DNA from: Anaeromyxobacteraceae bacterium
GTDB lineage: Bacteria > Myxococcota > Myxococcia > Myxococcales > Anaeromyxobacteraceae
NCBI GenBank assembly: GCA_032654565.1
Contig: JAULAX010000009.1
Location: forward strand, 288,001 to 352,000
Reading direction: 5' to 3'
Length of the DNA stretch: 64,000 nucleotides
A program made the translations under genes and the position numbers. Positions 32,103 to 44,109 of this stretch are shown piece by piece; the stretch's first letter is position 1; each line of letters begins with the position of its first letter. The notes under the pieces are model-generated. The model searched no databases. It worked only from the letters and a program-made list of their open reading frames with translations, and was not told the origin of the DNA.

Positions 32103-32926
32103 CGCGGCCCGACGGCGGCGCCGCCGTTGCGCTCGCCCGGCCCCCGGGCCAGCTGGCGCTCCAGCGACCGGACCGCCGCCAGCAGCAGCTCCACCTCCCG
32201 CTGCGTCGGCTCGGCCCGGGTCAGCAGCCGTCGCCACTCGGCCAGGATCAGCTCCGGGTTCTGCGGGTTGAGGTAGCCGGCGGCCGTCAGCAGCGGCTGC
32301 AGCCGCCCCCAGAGCGCCTCCACCGTGGCGTGGCGGGCCGGATCGACCGGGGCCGCCCGGGACCCCTCCGGCCCCGGCCCCTCGACGCGCCCCTCGGCCC
32401 CGCCCCCGCAGGCCAGCTCGTAGCTGAGCACCGCCACCGACTGGGCCAGGTTCATCGAGTCGTAGTCGGGCGAGGTGGGGATGGTGCAGATGGCGTGGCA
32501 GAGCTCGAGCTCGGCGTCGGAGAGGCCGCGCTGCTCCTCCCCGAAGACCAGGGCCAGCTCGCCGGTCCCGGCCCGCCGGGCCACCTCCTCCCCCAGCTGG
32601 CGCGGGGAGAGCCGCGGCCGCCCCGGGAGCTGGCGCGAGCTGGTGCCGCAGACCCAGGTGGCCGGCCCCAGGGCCGCCGCCAGGTCGGGGTGGAACTCGG
32701 CCCGGTCGAGCAGCACCGTGGCGTGGCGGGCCACCCGGGCGGCCCGCCGGAGGACGTCCTCCTGCGCCGTCCCGTCACCCCCTCCCCGGGGGGCCCCCCC
32801 CCAGGCCGGGGGCGTCACCACCGCCAGCCGGGAGAGGCCGAAGTTCATCATGGCCCGGGCCACGGCGCCGAGGTTCTCGGCGCTGGCGGGGCGGTGGAGG
32901 ACGACGCGCACTTTTCCGAAGGACAT
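32099..32926 (-). CDS. SPOUT RNA methyltransferase, TrmJ/LasT family
   Basis: ENLGAVARAMMNFG, VFGEEQRGLS, SMNLAQSV; start ATG 32926. Confidence 0.9.
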   Translation of the reverse strand: MSFGKVRVVLHRPASAENLGAVARAMMNFGLSRLAVVTPPAWGGAPRGGGDGTAQEDVLRRAARVARHATVLLDRAEFHPDLAAALGPATWVCGTSSRQLPGRPRLSPRQLGEEVARRAGTGELALVFGEEQRGLSDAELELCHAICTIPTSPDYDSMNLAQSVAVLSYELACGGGAEGRVEGPGPEGSRAAPVDPARHATVEALWGRLQPLLTAAGYLNPQNPELILAEWRRLLTRAEPTQREVELLLAAVRSLERQLARGPGERNGGAAVGPR

Positions 32927-32953
32927 GGCCGCCGGCACGTATAACATCCCGGC

Positions 32954-33913
32954 ATGATCTCCGACGCCCAGCTCCGCGCCCAGCTCCCGCACACCCTCCG
33001 GCAGCTCGACCTGCCGGCCCTCGGCAGCCTCTACCGGGGCAAGGTCCGCGACAACTACTCGCGCGGCGACCAGATCGTCATGGTCACCAGCGACCGGATC
33101 AGCGCCTTCGACCACGTGCTCGGCACCATCCCCTTCAAGGGCGAGGTGCTCTCGCGCCTCACCACCTTCTGGTTCGAGAAGGTCAAGGACATCGCCCCCA
33201 CCCACATCCTCTCGGTGCCGGACCCGAGCGTCATGGTGGTGAAGCGGGCCGCCGCCCTGCCGGTGGAGATCGTCATCCGCGGCTACATCACCGGCTCGCT
33301 CTGGCGCGACTACCTGGCCGGCAAGGCCGGGGCCTACGGCATCGACTGGCCCATGGGGCTGAAGAAGGACCAGAAGTTCGACCGCCCCATCATCACCCCG
33401 TCGACCAAGGCCGAGTACGGCAAGCACGACGAGCCCATCAGCGAGGCCGAGATCCTCCGCCAGGAGCTGGTCACCCCGGAGGTCTGGAAGGAGGCCTGCG
33501 CCATCGCCCAGCGCCTCTTCGCCCGCGGCCAGGAGTGGGCGGCCTCGCGCGGCCTGATCCTCGTCGACACCAAGTACGAGATGGGGATCGCCGACGGCAA
33601 GCTGGTGGTGATCGACGAGATCCACACCCCGGACAGCTCGCGCTACTGGCTGGCCCGCGAGTACCTGCAGCGGTTCATGGCCGGGCAGGAGCAGCAGATG
33701 CTGGACAAGGAGAACATCCGGCAGTGGCTCATCAAGGAGCACGGCTTCTCCGGCCACGGCAAGCCGCCGGCGCTCACCGACGACGTCCGGGTGATGCTGG
33801 CGCGCAAGTACATCGAGGTCTTCGAGCTGCTCACCGGCGAGACCTTCGTCTCGGCGGGCGGCGACGTGCAGGCCCGCATCGAGCAGAACATGAAGAAGGC
33901 CGGGCTGCTGTAG
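32954..33913 (+). CDS. purC: SAICAR synthetase
   Basis: YRGKVRD, SDRISAFD, TPSTKA, LVDTKYEMG, DEIHTPDSSRYW. Confidence 0.97.
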   Translation: MISDAQLRAQLPHTLRQLDLPALGSLYRGKVRDNYSRGDQIVMVTSDRISAFDHVLGTIPFKGEVLSRLTTFWFEKVKDIAPTHILSVPDPSVMVVKRAAALPVEIVIRGYITGSLWRDYLAGKAGAYGIDWPMGLKKDQKFDRPIITPSTKAEYGKHDEPISEAEILRQELVTPEVWKEACAIAQRLFARGQEWAASRGLILVDTKYEMGIADGKLVVIDEIHTPDSSRYWLAREYLQRFMAGQEQQMLDKENIRQWLIKEHGFSGHGKPPALTDDVRVMLARKYIEVFELLTGETFVSAGGDVQARIEQNMKKAGLL

Positions 33914-33923
33914 CTCGCCGCGG

Positions 33924-35468
33924 TCACTCCGGCAGCGAGACCCGGTAGCGCTTCATCTTCCCCTGCAGGGTGGTCGGCCTGAGCCCGAGCCGGCCCGCGG
34001 CGCCGCCCGGGCCGTAGACCTTCCCGCCGCTGGCCTGGAGCGCCCGCTCGATGAGGGCCCGCGCCTCCTCGTCGAAGGTGCCGGTCACCGCCGGCGCCTG
34101 GCGGGGGGCCGCCAGCCCGCCGGCGCCCGGCGGCCCGGGCAGCTCGAGGGTGGCGCCGGGCGAGAGGATGAGGGCCCGCTGCACGTAGTTCTCCAGCTCC
34201 CGCACGTTGCCGGGCCAGTCGTGGGCGGCCAGCGCGCTCCAGAACGACTCCGGCACCTCGGGCGGGCGCCGGTTCATCTGCGCGGCGTGGCGGGCCAGGA
34301 AGTGCTCGGCCAGGGGCCGCAGGTCGCCGCGCCGCTCGCGCAGCGGCGGCAGCCGCACCGGGAAGACCGCCAGCCGGTAGTAGAGGTCCTCGCGGAAGCG
34401 CCGGGCCTCCACCAGCCGCTCCAGCTCCTGGTTGGTGGCCGCCACCACGCGGACGTCCACCTCGACGGTGCCGGTCCCGCCGACGCGGGTCAGCTCGCGC
34501 TCCTGCAGCACCCGCAGCAGCCTGACCTGGACCGCGGCGGGCGCGTCGCCCACCTCGTCGAGGAAGATGGTCCCGCCCTCGGCCTCCTCGAAGCGCCCCG
34601 CCCGGCGGCGCACCGCGCCGGTGAAGGCCCCCTTCTCGTGGCCGAAGAGCTCCGACTCGACCAGCCCCTCGGGGATGGCGGCGAGGTTGACGGCCACGAA
34701 GGGGGCGTCGAAGCGGGGGGAGAGGTCGTGAACCATCCGCGCCAGCCCCTCCTTGCCGGCGCCGGTCTCGCCCCGGATCAGCACCGTGGTGTCGGAGGCG
34801 GCCACCCGTTGCACCTGCGCCAGCACCGCCTTCATGGCCCCGCTCTCGGCGACGTACCGGTTCTCCTTGCGGATCTGGCGCAGCTCCTCCCGCAGCAGCG
34901 CGTTCTCCCTGCCGAGCAGGCCGTTGAGCCGCTTCACCTCCTCGACCAGCAGGCTGTTGTGCAGCGCGATGGCCACCAGCGAGGCGACCCGTCGGGCCAC
35001 CTGGAGGCAGCAGTCGAGCAGCGCCTCGCTCGGCGGGTGGGCGATCTCCAGCACGCCGAGCACCTGGTCCTCGAAGATGAGGGGGAAGGCGACCAGCGAG
35101 CCGTAGCCGAGCGCGGCCAGGGCCGGCTCGTCGGCGTAGCGCGGACGCTCCAGCGCAATGGGGTCGACCACCACCGGGGCGCGCCGCTCCACCGCCCGGC
35201 CCGCCGCGGTGCCGTCCAGCCCGTAGACCCGCCCGACCTCGGAGCCCGGGTGGCGCGGGTCGGAGATGAGCGCCACCAGCGCCTGCCCGGTGGGCTGGCC
35301 GTCGAGCCGGTGGATGACGACGCGGGTGGCGCCGAAGTGGCGGTCGAGCAGCGCGCCGGTCCGCTCCAGCACCAGCGCCAGGTCGACGGTGGAGAGGACC
35401 GCCTGGGTCGCCTCCTCGATGATCCTCTCGTGCGATTCGCCGTTGACGACGTGCAGGGCCATGGCCAT
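33924..35468 (-). CDS. Sigma54-dependent activator, GAF-AAA+-HTH (FhlA/NorR-like architecture)
   Basis: N-terminal [37 protein letters not shown]-terminal HTH; start 35468 or 35462. Confidence 0.93.
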   Translation of the reverse strand: MAMALHVVNGESHERIIEEATQAVLSTVDLALVLERTGALLDRHFGATRVVIHRLDGQPTGQALVALISDPRHPGSEVGRVYGLDGTAAGRAVERRAPVVVDPIALERPRYADEPALAALGYGSLVAFPLIFEDQVLGVLEIAHPPSEALLDCCLQVARRVASLVAIALHNSLLVEEVKRLNGLLGRENALLREELRQIRKENRYVAESGAMKAVLAQVQRVAASDTTVLIRGETGAGKEGLARMVHDLSPRFDAPFVAVNLAAIPEGLVESELFGHEKGAFTGAVRRRAGRFEEAEGGTIFLDEVGDAPAAVQVRLLRVLQERELTRVGGTGTVEVDVRVVAATNQELERLVEARRFREDLYYRLAVFPVRLPPLRERRGDLRPLAEHFLARHAAQMNRRPPEVPESFWSALAAHDWPGNVRELENYVQRALILSPGATLELPGPPGAGGLAAPRQAPAVTGTFDEEARALIERALQASGGKVYGPGGAAGRLGLRPTTLQGKMKRYRVSLPE

Positions 35469-35571
35469 GGAAGATAGCGGCACCGACCCGTGGGTGCACG
35501 GGCAACCACCTTTCGGTGCCACCGGCCCCGCTGGGTCGGGATATCCTTGGTCATTCCAGCTGCTTGTCCAT

Positions 35572-35587
35572 TGGCCCGCGCCGTGCT
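35572..35587 (+). promoter_or_regulatory. Sigma54 (-24/-12) promoter of the hemerythrin-YwiC operon
   Basis: TGGCCCG-CGCC-GTGCT matches TGGCACG-N4-TTGCW spacing; 43 nt before ATG 35631, next to a sigma54 activator gene. Confidence 0.75.
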
Positions 35588-35630
35588 CTGCACAGGTTCC
35601 GCCCGGCCTCCCGCCGGAAGTGGAGCCGAC

Positions 35631-36185
35631 ATGGACGCCCTCGAAGTCCTCATGGCCGAACACCAGCAGATCCTCGCCGCCATCGACGCGCTGGAGGCCT
35701 TCGCCGCGGAGGTCCGCCGCGGCGGGGGGAGCGCCGCCGAGCTGGGGCGCTTCGTCACCTTCATCCGCGAGTTCGCCGACGCCCACCACCATGCCAAGGA
35801 GGAGGACCTGCTCTTCACCGCCATGGTCGAGGCCGGCTTCCCGCGCGAGTCCGGCCCCGTCGGCGTCATGCTCCAGGACCACGACCAGGGGCGGCGCTTG
35901 GTCGGCGTCCTGGCCCAGCTGGCGCAGGCCGCCACGCCCTGGGGCGACGCCGATCGGGAGCGGCTCCACGCCGCCGCGTTCGGCTACGCCGAACTGCTGC
36001 GATCCCACATCCAGAAGGAGGACGGCATCCTCTACCCCATGGCCGAGGCCCGCCTCCCGGCGGCGCTGCGCGCCCGGGTGGACGCGGAGGCGGCCGCCCA
36101 CGACGCCCGGCAGGTGACCGCCGGGGTCCTGCCGCGGCTGGAGGCCCTGGGCGCCGAGCTGGTGGCTCGGAAGCCTGCTCCCTGA
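35631..36185 (+). CDS. Hemerythrin/HHE cation-binding domain protein
   Basis: [38 protein letters not shown]. Confidence 0.92.
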   Translation: MDALEVLMAEHQQILAAIDALEAFAAEVRRGGGSAAELGRFVTFIREFADAHHHAKEEDLLFTAMVEAGFPRESGPVGVMLQDHDQGRRLVGVLAQLAQAATPWGDADRERLHAAAFGYAELLRSHIQKEDGILYPMAEARLPAALRARVDAEAAAHDARQVTAGVLPRLEALGAELVARKPAP

Positions 36186-36192
36186 CCTGGCG

Positions 36193-36993
36193 ATGCCGGC
36201 CCCGGAGTCCACTCCCCGCCCCCGCTCGCTCCTCCCCCAGGAGCACGGAGCCTGGGGGCAGCTGTTCATGCCGCTGCTCTCGGCCCTGCTGATCGCCGGC
36301 GTCACCCCGGCGGCGCTGCTGCTGGGCGCCGCCACCGTGCTCGGCTTCCTGGCCCACGAGCCCTGGCTGGTGCGGCTCGGCCACCGCGGGGCGCGGGCGG
36401 CGCGCGAGGACGGCCCCCGGGCCGGGCGGCGCCTCGGGTGGCTGCTGGCCGGCGCCGCGGTCACCGGCGCGGCCGGGGCCCTCCTCGCCCCCGGCGCGGC
36501 GCGCTGGGCCCTGCTGCTGCCGGCGGCGCTGGCGCTGCTGGTGGTCGGCCTGGTGCTGGCCGGGCGGGAGCGGACGGTGCCGGGGGAGCTGGCGGTGGTG
36601 ACCGCCCTCGCCTCCTCCGGGCTGGCGGTGGCGCTGGCGGCCGGGGCCCCGCTGCGCGCCGCCGGGGCGGCCACCGCCACCTGGGTGCTGGCCTTCGCCA
36701 CCTCGGTCTTCGCCGTCCAGGTGGTGCTGGCGCGGGCCCTCTCCCGCGGGACCACCGCGCTGGGGCTGCGCCACGGGCTGGCGGTGCTGCTGGTGGGCGG
36801 CGGCGGCGCGGCCGCGGCCGGGCTGGCCGGGCTGGGGGCGGTGGTGCCGGTGGCCGTGGCCCCCACCGCGCTCCTCTCGCTGCTGGTCTGCCTCCTGCCC
36901 TTCAGCGCCCGGCAGCTCAGGACGCTCGGCTGGGGGCTGGTGGCCTCGAGCACGGCGACGCTGCTGCTGCTGGTCCACGGCCTGCGCCCCTGA
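36193..36993 (+). CDS. YwiC-like integral membrane protein
   Basis: N-terminal LPQEHGAW signature, about 8 hydrophobic helices. Confidence 0.78.
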   Translation: MPAPESTPRPRSLLPQEHGAWGQLFMPLLSALLIAGVTPAALLLGAATVLGFLAHEPWLVRLGHRGARAAREDGPRAGRRLGWLLAGAAVTGAAGALLAPGAARWALLLPAALALLVVGLVLAGRERTVPGELAVVTALASSGLAVALAAGAPLRAAGAATATWVLAFATSVFAVQVVLARALSRGTTALGLRHGLAVLLVGGGGAAAAGLAGLGAVVPVAVAPTALLSLLVCLLPFSARQLRTLGWGLVASSTATLLLLVHGLRP

Positions 36994-37131
36994 CCGCGCC
37001 GGGCCGCGGCCCGCGGGCGGGGGCCGAGGCCAGGGGCCATCCACCGACCCGACGCCGGGCCCCTCGACACGCACCGCTGGTGGAGGGCGCACGGTTTGTG
37101 TAGCCTCGCTGGACCCACCCGGGAGGACCAC

Positions 37132-38514
37132 ATGGCCTCGAAGCGCATCCACCCCGCGGCCGCGCCCGCCGGCGCCGGCGACCTCTCCAACATCGAGGCC
37201 TGCGTCGAGGACGTGGCCCGCGCCTTCAAGGACCCCGACCGGGGCCCGCGCGACCTGACCGCCTTCGCCCCGCTGCGCTCGGCGCTGGCCCGCGCCCGCG
37301 GCCGCCTGCCGCCCGCCTACCGCCAGGCCCTGGCCGATCCCCTGCTGGCCACCCTCGACGAGCTCGGCCCGTCCGGCTTCAAGCAGCTGCTGGCCTCCGA
37401 CCCGGACCGCGCCGGCTCGGCCGCGCTGCTCCTCGACGCCGCCCAGGCGGTGCTGCAGGCCGGCGACGGCGCCGCCACCGACGCCTTCCAGGAGGTGGTC
37501 AGCGACCTCTACGACGGCTTCCTCTCGGCCGAGGACCGGCGCGGGGTCAAGCTGCCGGAGCGGAGCGTGCTGGCCCCCATGGTCAAGTGGGGCTGCCCCG
37601 ACGACGGCCCCTACACCTGGCCGGTCACCGCCACGGCGTCGCTGGGGGCCACCACCGGGGTGGTCAGCCTCCCGCCCGGGAACGCCCGCCGCGGCCTCTG
37701 CGTCTGGGCGGCGCTGGGGCACGAGACCGCCGGCCACGACATCCTCGGCGCCGACCGCGGCCTCAAGGCGGAGCTGGCCGACGCCGTGCGCCGGGCCCTG
37801 CGCGAGGCCGGCATGACGGCGCTGGCCGGCTACTGGGCCGACCGGGTCGACGAGACCGCCTCCGACGTGCTCGGCATCCTCAACATGGGGCCCGCTGCCG
37901 GCTTCGGCCTGCTGGCCACGCTGCGCGGCTTCCGGCTGGCCTCCGGGGACGGCGCCCGGCTGCAGAGCGAGGGGGCGGGGGACGACGAGCACCCGGCCGA
38001 CGTGGTGCGCGGCTTCCTGGCCGCCGCCACCATCCGCACCCTCCCCTTCGGCGGCGCCACCGCCTGGGCCGCCGCGGTGGAGCGCGAGACCAGCCTCGAC
38101 GCCCAGGTGATCCGGCTCTCCCGCCGCGAGGTCTCGCTCACCGAGGCCCGCGGCGCGGCCGCCACCGCGGCCCGGGCGGTCACCTCCACCCCGCTGCGGA
38201 CGCTGGAGGGGCACGCCCTGGGGGAGATCCAGACCTGGCGCGACTCCGACGACCGCATCGTGGCCCGGCTGGCCGCGGCGCTCGCCGGCCGCGGCACGCT
38301 GGACGCCACCATCGAGCGCGGGGACTACGCCGCCCACGCCGTGGCCGCGGCGGTCACCACCGCAGTGGGCCGGGGTGGCGATCCGGCCGCCCTCCAGCCG
38401 CGGCTGGTGACGATGCTGGCGGCCATGCACCGGCTCAACCCGGTCTGGGGCCCGCTCCAGGTGATCCACTCCGGCGACATGACGCGCCGGACGTTCTTCA
38501 CGGCGCTGGGGTAG
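37132..38514 (+). CDS. Hypothetical protein, possible zinc metallopeptidase (HExxGH)
   Basis: [22 protein letters not shown] and EHP motifs. Confidence 0.7.
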   Translation: MASKRIHPAAAPAGAGDLSNIEACVEDVARAFKDPDRGPRDLTAFAPLRSALARARGRLPPAYRQALADPLLATLDELGPSGFKQLLASDPDRAGSAALLLDAAQAVLQAGDGAATDAFQEVVSDLYDGFLSAEDRRGVKLPERSVLAPMVKWGCPDDGPYTWPVTATASLGATTGVVSLPPGNARRGLCVWAALGHETAGHDILGADRGLKAELADAVRRALREAGMTALAGYWADRVDETASDVLGILNMGPAAGFGLLATLRGFRLASGDGARLQSEGAGDDEHPADVVRGFLAAATIRTLPFGGATAWAAAVERETSLDAQVIRLSRREVSLTEARGAAATAARAVTSTPLRTLEGHALGEIQTWRDSDDRIVARLAAALAGRGTLDATIERGDYAAHAVAAAVTTAVGRGGDPAALQPRLVTMLAAMHRLNPVWGPLQVIHSGDMTRRTFFTALG

Positions 38515-38561
38515 TCTCGGCCCCGGCGGCGCGGCGTCTCCGGGCCCCAGGGAGCGCCGGC

Positions 38562-39500
38562 ATGCGGGTGTTGCGGCTGGAGGGGAACGAACTCCGGACA
38601 GGTGGCGCCGAGCTGGCCGGCCCGGGAGGCACGCTCTGGGTCGACCTGGCCCCCACCCCCGAGGCGCTGGCCTTCCTCTCGGAGCGCTTCCACTTCCACC
38701 CGCTGGCGCTCGAGGACTGCCTCCACGAGGACCAGCGCGCCAAGCTCGAGGTCTACCCGGAGGTCCTCTTCAGCGTGGTCCACCGGCTCTCACCGACGCC
38801 GGACGACACCGGGCTCGAGGCCACCGAGCTGAGCGCGTTCCTGACCGCCGAGACGCTGGTCACCGTCCACTCGGCGCCCATCCAGGAGCTCGACGAGGTC
38901 TTCGAGCGGGCCCGGCTCGAGCCGGGGCTGCTGGCCCGCGGGCCCGACTTCGCCCTCTACCTGCTCCACGACGCCATCACCGATCTGCACTTCTCCCTGG
39001 TGGACCACCTCAGCGAGGAGGCCGAGGCGCTGGCCGAGGAGGTCACCTCCGGCGCGCCCGGTCCCGGCGTGGCCGAGCGGATCATGATGGCCCGGCGCCA
39101 GCACACCCTGGTGCGCCGGCGGGTAGGGCCGCAGCGGGAGCTCTTCGCGGCGCTGGCCCGCCCCGGCCAGGGGCTGGTGCGCGACCAGAACGCCATCTAC
39201 TTCCGCGACGTGGTCGACCACCTGGTGCGCCTCTCCGAGGAGGTCGACACCGGCCGGGAGCTGCTGGCCTCCACCATGGAGACGCTGCTCTCGCAGGCCA
39301 ACAACCGGCTCACCGGGGTGACCACCCGGCTGACGCTGATCGCCACCATCTTCCTGCCGCTCAACTTCGTGGCCGGCTTCTTCGGGATGAACCTGGAGAT
39401 CCTGCCGCCGGCGGTGGCGGTGCCGCTGGTGGTGGCCGCGGTGGTGGCGCTGCCGCTGGCCATGTTCCTCTTCTTCCGCAGGCGGGGCTGGCTGGCCTGA
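38562..39500 (+). CDS. corA: CorA-family Mg2+/Co2+ transporter
   Basis: FHPLALEDC, YFRDVVDH, TIFLPLNFVAGFFGMN. Confidence 0.92.
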   Translation: MRVLRLEGNELRTGGAELAGPGGTLWVDLAPTPEALAFLSERFHFHPLALEDCLHEDQRAKLEVYPEVLFSVVHRLSPTPDDTGLEATELSAFLTAETLVTVHSAPIQELDEVFERARLEPGLLARGPDFALYLLHDAITDLHFSLVDHLSEEAEALAEEVTSGAPGPGVAERIMMARRQHTLVRRRVGPQRELFAALARPGQGLVRDQNAIYFRDVVDHLVRLSEEVDTGRELLASTMETLLSQANNRLTGVTTRLTLIATIFLPLNFVAGFFGMNLEILPPAVAVPLVVAAVVALPLAMFLFFRRRGWLA

Positions 39501-39532
39501 GGGGCGCCCCGCCCGAGGTCGGACCCGCCGGT

Positions 39533-40849
39533 CTACCCCCCGAACACCCGGGCGAAGATGGTGTCGACGTGCTTGAGGTGGTACTCGAGCGCGAAGCAGG
39601 CGTCGATCTCGGCCGCGGTCAACAGCTTCGAGACCTCGGGATCGGCCTTGAGCGCGGCGCGGAAGTCGACCTTCTCCTCCCAGACCTTCATGGCGTTGCG
39701 CTGCACGAAGACGTACCCCTGCTGCCGGGCCACCCCCTTCTCCACCAGGGCCAGCAGCACCCGCTGCGCCTCGTAGAGGCCGCCGGTCTGGTCGAGGTTC
39801 TCCTGCATGCGGGCCGGGTAGACGCGCAGGTTCTCGATCATCCCGGCGAAGCGCTGCAGCGAGAAGTCGAGGGCGATGGTGGCGTCGGGGGCGATGACCC
39901 GCTCCACCGAGGAGTGGCTGATGTCGCGCTCGTGCCAGAGGGCCACGTCCTCGAAGGCCGCCAGCGCCCAGCCGCGCAGCAGCCGGGCCATGCCGGTGAG
40001 GTTCTCCGAGAGGATGGGGTTGCGCTTGTGGGGCATGGCCGACGAGCCCTTCTGCCCGGCGGTGAACGGCTCCTCGGCCTCGCGCACCTCGGTCCGCTGC
40101 AGGTGGCGCACCTCGGTGGCGTGCTGCTCCAGGGTGGCGCCGCAGAGCGCCAGCGCCGAGAAGTACTCGGCGTGCCGGTCGCGGTTGACCACCTGGGTGG
40201 CCGCCCCCTCGGCGCCGGCCAGGCCGAGGGCCTTGATGACGTGGGCCTCGACGCGCGGGTCGACGTTGGCGAAGGTGCCGACCGCCCCGGAGATCTTGCC
40301 GACGGCCACGACCTCCCCGGCCGCCACCAGCGCCGCCCGGCGCCGCGACCAGGCGTCGTACCAGCCGGCCAGCTTGAGGCCGAAGGTGGTGGGCTCGGCG
40401 TGGATGCCGTGGCTGCGCCCCACCATGGGGGTGCGCTTGTGCTCCAGGGCCCGCTTCTTCACCGCCGCCAGCACCCGGTCGACGCCGCCGAGCAGCAGCG
40501 CGGTGGCCTCGTGGAGCTGCACCGCCAGGGTGGTGTCGAGCACGTCGGAGGAGGTCATCCCCTTGTGGAGGTGGCGCGCCGCCGGGCCGCCCTTCTCCTC
40601 GGCCCAGGTGAGGAAGGCGATGACGTCGTGCTTGACGGTCTTCTCGATCTCCTCGATCCGCTCGACGTCGGCGGCGGTCAGCTGGTAGCCGTCGAAGACC
40701 TTGCGGAGCGCGGCGTGGTCCTCGGCGGGCACCTCGCCGAGCGCCACCATGGCCTCACAGGCGTGCAGCTCGACGTCGAGCCAGATGCGGTAGCGCCGCT
40801 CGCTGGTCCAGATGCGCCCCATCTCGGCGCGGGTGTAGCGGGGGATCAT
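39533..40849 (-). CDS. purB: Adenylosuccinate lyase
   Basis: [37 protein letters not shown]. Confidence 0.97.
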   Translation of the reverse strand: MIPRYTRAEMGRIWTSERRYRIWLDVELHACEAMVALGEVPAEDHAALRKVFDGYQLTAADVERIEEIEKTVKHDVIAFLTWAEEKGGPAARHLHKGMTSSDVLDTTLAVQLHEATALLLGGVDRVLAAVKKRALEHKRTPMVGRSHGIHAEPTTFGLKLAGWYDAWSRRRAALVAAGEVVAVGKISGAVGTFANVDPRVEAHVIKALGLAGAEGAATQVVNRDRHAEYFSALALCGATLEQHATEVRHLQRTEVREAEEPFTAGQKGSSAMPHKRNPILSENLTGMARLLRGWALAAFEDVALWHERDISHSSVERVIAPDATIALDFSLQRFAGMIENLRVYPARMQENLDQTGGLYEAQRVLLALVEKGVARQQGYVFVQRNAMKVWEEKVDFRAALKADPEVSKLLTAAEIDACFALEYHLKHVDTIFARVFGG

Positions 40850-40901
40850 GTCGTCTCCTCGTGCCGCGGGGCCGGCCGCCGGCCGCCCCGCCTCGAATTG
40901 G

Positions 40902-41351
40902 TCACCGCCCGGTCGAGCCGAAGCCGCCGGCGCCGCGCCCGGTCTCGCCGAGCGCCTCCGCCACCTGCAGCTCCACCCGGGCCACCGGCGCGATCACCAG
41001 CTGGGCGATCCGCTCGCCCCGCTCGAACCGGACCGGCTCCTGCCCCAGGTTCACCAGGATCACCTTCACCTCGCCACGATAGTCCGAGTCGATGGTCCCC
41101 GGGGCGTTGAGGATGGTCACCCCGTGGCGCGCCGCCAGCCCGGAGCGGGGGCGCACCTGCCCCTCGTGGCCCGGCGGGATCTCCAGGGAGAGCCCGGTGG
41201 GCACCAGGGCCCGCTCCCCGGGGGCCAGGGCCACCGGCTCGTCGGCCCGCAGGTCCAGCCCGGCGGCGTGGGCCGACTCGTAGCGCGGCAGCAGCAGCGC
41301 CGGCCCGCGCTCTCCCACCCGGGTCACCTTCAGCTCCAGCGTCCCTGCCAT
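40902..41351 (-). CDS. dut: dUTP diphosphatase
   Basis: [32 protein letters not shown]. Confidence 0.97.
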   Translation of the reverse strand: MAGTLELKVTRVGERGPALLLPRYESAHAAGLDLRADEPVALAPGERALVPTGLSLEIPPGHEGQVRPRSGLAARHGVTILNAPGTIDSDYRGEVKVILVNLGQEPVRFERGERIAQLVIAPVARVELQVAEALGETGRGAGGFGSTGR

Positions 41352-41457
41352 GGCGTCCTCGCGTGAGACGAAGCGGGGCGGCGCGCCAGGCTCGGCGGCC
41401 GCCCCGTGGGTCCAGCGGTGCCGCCGCGTCCCGCCTGGGGAGCGCGGCGGCGGCGAC

Positions 41458-43620
41458 CTAGGCCTTGGGGGCCTCGGCGGCCGGGGTCGCCGGCTTGCCG
41501 GCCACCTCGGCCAGCGCCTCCTTGCGGGAGAGCCGGATCTTGCCGGCCCGGTCGACCGAGATCACCTTGACCATCACCTCGTCGCCCTCGGCCAGCACGT
41601 CGGAGACCGCCTTGACGCGCTTGTCGGAGAGCTCGGAGATGTGGACCAGGCCGTCGGTGCCCGGGAAGATCTCCACGAAGGCGCCGAACTCGACGATCTT
41701 GCGGACGGTGCCGGTGTAGATCTTGCCGACCTCGGCCTCGGCGGTGAGGTTCTTGATCATCTTGATGGCGGCCTCGACCTTGAGCGGGTCGGTGCTGGCG
41801 ATGGCGATGGTGCCGTCGTCGGCCACGTTGATGGCGCACCCGGTGCGGGCGGTGATGTCCTTGATGACCTTGCCGCCCGGCCCGATGACGTTCTTGATGA
41901 ACTCCGGCCGGATCTTGATGCTGGTGATGCGCGGCGCGTACTTGCTGACGTCGCCGCGCGGGGCGGCGATGGTCTTCTTCATCTCGGCGAGGATGTGCTT
42001 GCGGCCGGCGGCGGCCTGGTTGAGCGCCTTCTCCATGATCTCGCGGGTGACGCCGCCGATCTTGATGTCCATCTGGATGGAGGTGATGCCGGCGTCGGTG
42101 CCGCAGACCTTGAAGTCCATGTCGCCGAGGTGATCCTCGTCACCGAGGATGTCGGAGAGGATGGCGATCTTGTCGCCCTCCTTGATCAGCCCCATGGCGA
42201 TGCCGGCCACCGGGGCCTTGATGGGCACGCCGGCGTCCATCAGCGCCAGGCAGCCGCCGCAGACCGAGGCCATCGAGGAGGAGCCGTTCGACTCCATGAT
42301 GTCCGAGACCAGCCGGATCACGTACGGCCAGGTGGCCGCGTCCTCCGGGATGACCGCCTTGAGGGCGCGCTCGGCGAGGACGCCGTGCCCGATCTCGCGG
42401 CGGCCGGGGCCGCGCAGGAACTTGGCCTCGCCCACCGAGAAGGGCGGGAAGTTGTAGTGGAGCATGAACCGCTTGTAGGTCATGCCGGTCAGCCCCTCGA
42501 TGCGCTGATCGTCGGTGGCGGTGCCGAGGGTGGCGCCCACCAGGGCCTGGGTCTCGCCGCGGGTGAAGAGCGCCGAGCCGTGGACGCGGGGCAGCAGCCC
42601 CACCTCGCACCAGATCTGGCGGATGTCGGCCATGCCGCGGCCGCCGATGCGCTTGCCCTCGTCGGTGATCATCTTGCGCATGTACTCGTACTTCACGTCC
42701 TCGTAGTAGCCCTTGATCTCCTTCTCGCGGATGGCGATGGAGGCGAGCTTGGCGGCGTCGCCGGCGGCCTCGTCCTTGAGGGCCGCCATCAGCTCCTTCT
42801 TGATCTCGGAGAGCCGGCCGTAGCGGTCGTGCTTCTCGTCCCGGCTGTAGGCCTGCTTGACCTTGTCCCAGGTGAGCGACTTGACCTTGCCCTTGAGCGC
42901 CTCGTCCGACTTGGGCGGGTCGAAGGCCTTCTTCTGCTTGTTGCCGGAGATCTTGTGGAGCTGGAGCTGGGCGTCGAGCAGCGGCTGCACCGCGGCGTGG
43001 CCGAAGAGCAGGGCGTCGATCATCACCGCCTCGGTGATCTCCCGGGCGCCGCCCTCGACCATGGTGATGGCGTCGCGCGAGGCGGCCATGATGACGTCGA
43101 GGTCGGCCTCGGCCCGCTGGGCCAGGGTGGGGTTGGCCACGAAGGCGCCGTTGACGCGGCCGACGCGGACGCCGGCGAACGGGCCGTTGAAGGGCACGTC
43201 GGAGCACTGCAGGGCCGCCGAGGCCCCGGTCAGCGCCAGCACGTCGGGGTCGTTCTCCTGGTCGAAGGAGACCACGGTGGCGATGATCTGGGTCTCGTTG
43301 GCGTAGCCCTCGGGGAAGAGGGGCCGGCAGGAGCGGTCGATGATGCGCGAGGTCAGGGTCTCGCGCTCGGTGAGGCGCCCCTCGCGCTTGAAGTAGCTGC
43401 CGGGGATGCGGCCGGCGGCGTAGAGCTTCTCCTGGTAGTCGACGGTGAGGGGGAAGAAGTCGATCCCCTCCTTCTTCTCGGCCGCCGAGACCACGGTGAT
43501 GAGCACGACCGACTCGCCGACGCGGGCCCAGATGGAGCCGTGGGCCTGCTTGGCGACCTTGCCGGTCTCGAGGGTGATGTCCTTGTCGCCCACGCGGGCG
43601 GTGACCTGGAACGGAGTCAT
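41458..43620 (-). CDS. pnp: Polyribonucleotide nucleotidyltransferase
   Basis: [36 protein letters not shown] and S1 domains; start ATG 43620. Confidence 0.98.
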   Translation of the reverse strand: MTPFQVTARVGDKDITLETGKVAKQAHGSIWARVGESVVLITVVSAAEKKEGIDFFPLTVDYQEKLYAAGRIPGSYFKREGRLTERETLTSRIIDRSCRPLFPEGYANETQIIATVVSFDQENDPDVLALTGASAALQCSDVPFNGPFAGVRVGRVNGAFVANPTLAQRAEADLDVIMAASRDAITMVEGGAREITEAVMIDALLFGHAAVQPLLDAQLQLHKISGNKQKKAFDPPKSDEALKGKVKSLTWDKVKQAYSRDEKHDRYGRLSEIKKELMAALKDEAAGDAAKLASIAIREKEIKGYYEDVKYEYMRKMITDEGKRIGGRGMADIRQIWCEVGLLPRVHGSALFTRGETQALVGATLGTATDDQRIEGLTGMTYKRFMLHYNFPPFSVGEAKFLRGPGRREIGHGVLAERALKAVIPEDAATWPYVIRLVSDIMESNGSSSMASVCGGCLALMDAGVPIKAPVAGIAMGLIKEGDKIAILSDILGDEDHLGDMDFKVCGTDAGITSIQMDIKIGGVTREIMEKALNQAAAGRKHILAEMKKTIAAPRGDVSKYAPRITSIKIRPEFIKNVIGPGGKVIKDITARTGCAINVADDGTIAIASTDPLKVEAAIKMIKNLTAEAEVGKIYTGTVRKIVEFGAFVEIFPGTDGLVHISELSDKRVKAVSDVLAEGDEVMVKVISVDRAGKIRLSRKEALAEVAGKPATPAAEAPKA

Positions 43621-43839
43621 GTGCACCTTTCGTTCGTGGGGTCCCGGGGGCCCTTTGAAGAGGTGCCTCTGTTCCTCACTTCGCCCCCGCTCGCTGGAGC
43701 GGGGACCGAGTCGGAAACGGAGGCGCCTGCAGGTTCCCCGAGGCCCGTGGTTGGGAGCTTCGGTCCGCGCCGCCGGCCCCATGGCCGGAAGCGCCAACGC
43801 CCCGTCCAGACCGGCCCGGGGCGCTGCACGGCTCTTGAG

Positions 43840-44109
43840 TTACTTGCGGATGCCCAGCGCGTCGATGAGGACCTTGTAGCGGCTCTGGTCGACGTTCCGG
43901 AGGTAGTCGAGGAGCCGCCGCCGCTGGCCGACCAGCTTGAGCAGCCCGCGCCGGCTGTGGTGGTCCTTCTTGTGGGTCTTGAAGTGCTCGGTCAGGTAGT
44001 TGATGCGCTCGCTGAGCAGCGCCACCTGGACCTCGGGAGACCCGGTGTCCTTCTCGTGCTGACGGAACTTCTGAACCAGCTCGGTCTTCTTGTCCTGCAA
44101 CAGCGCCAT
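43840..44109 (-). CDS. rpsO: 30S ribosomal protein S15
   Basis: [23 protein letters not shown]; start ATG 44109. Confidence 0.98.
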   Translation of the reverse strand: MALLQDKKTELVQKFRQHEKDTGSPEVQVALLSERINYLTEHFKTHKKDHHSRRGLLKLVGQRRRLLDYLRNVDQSRYKVLIDALGIRK

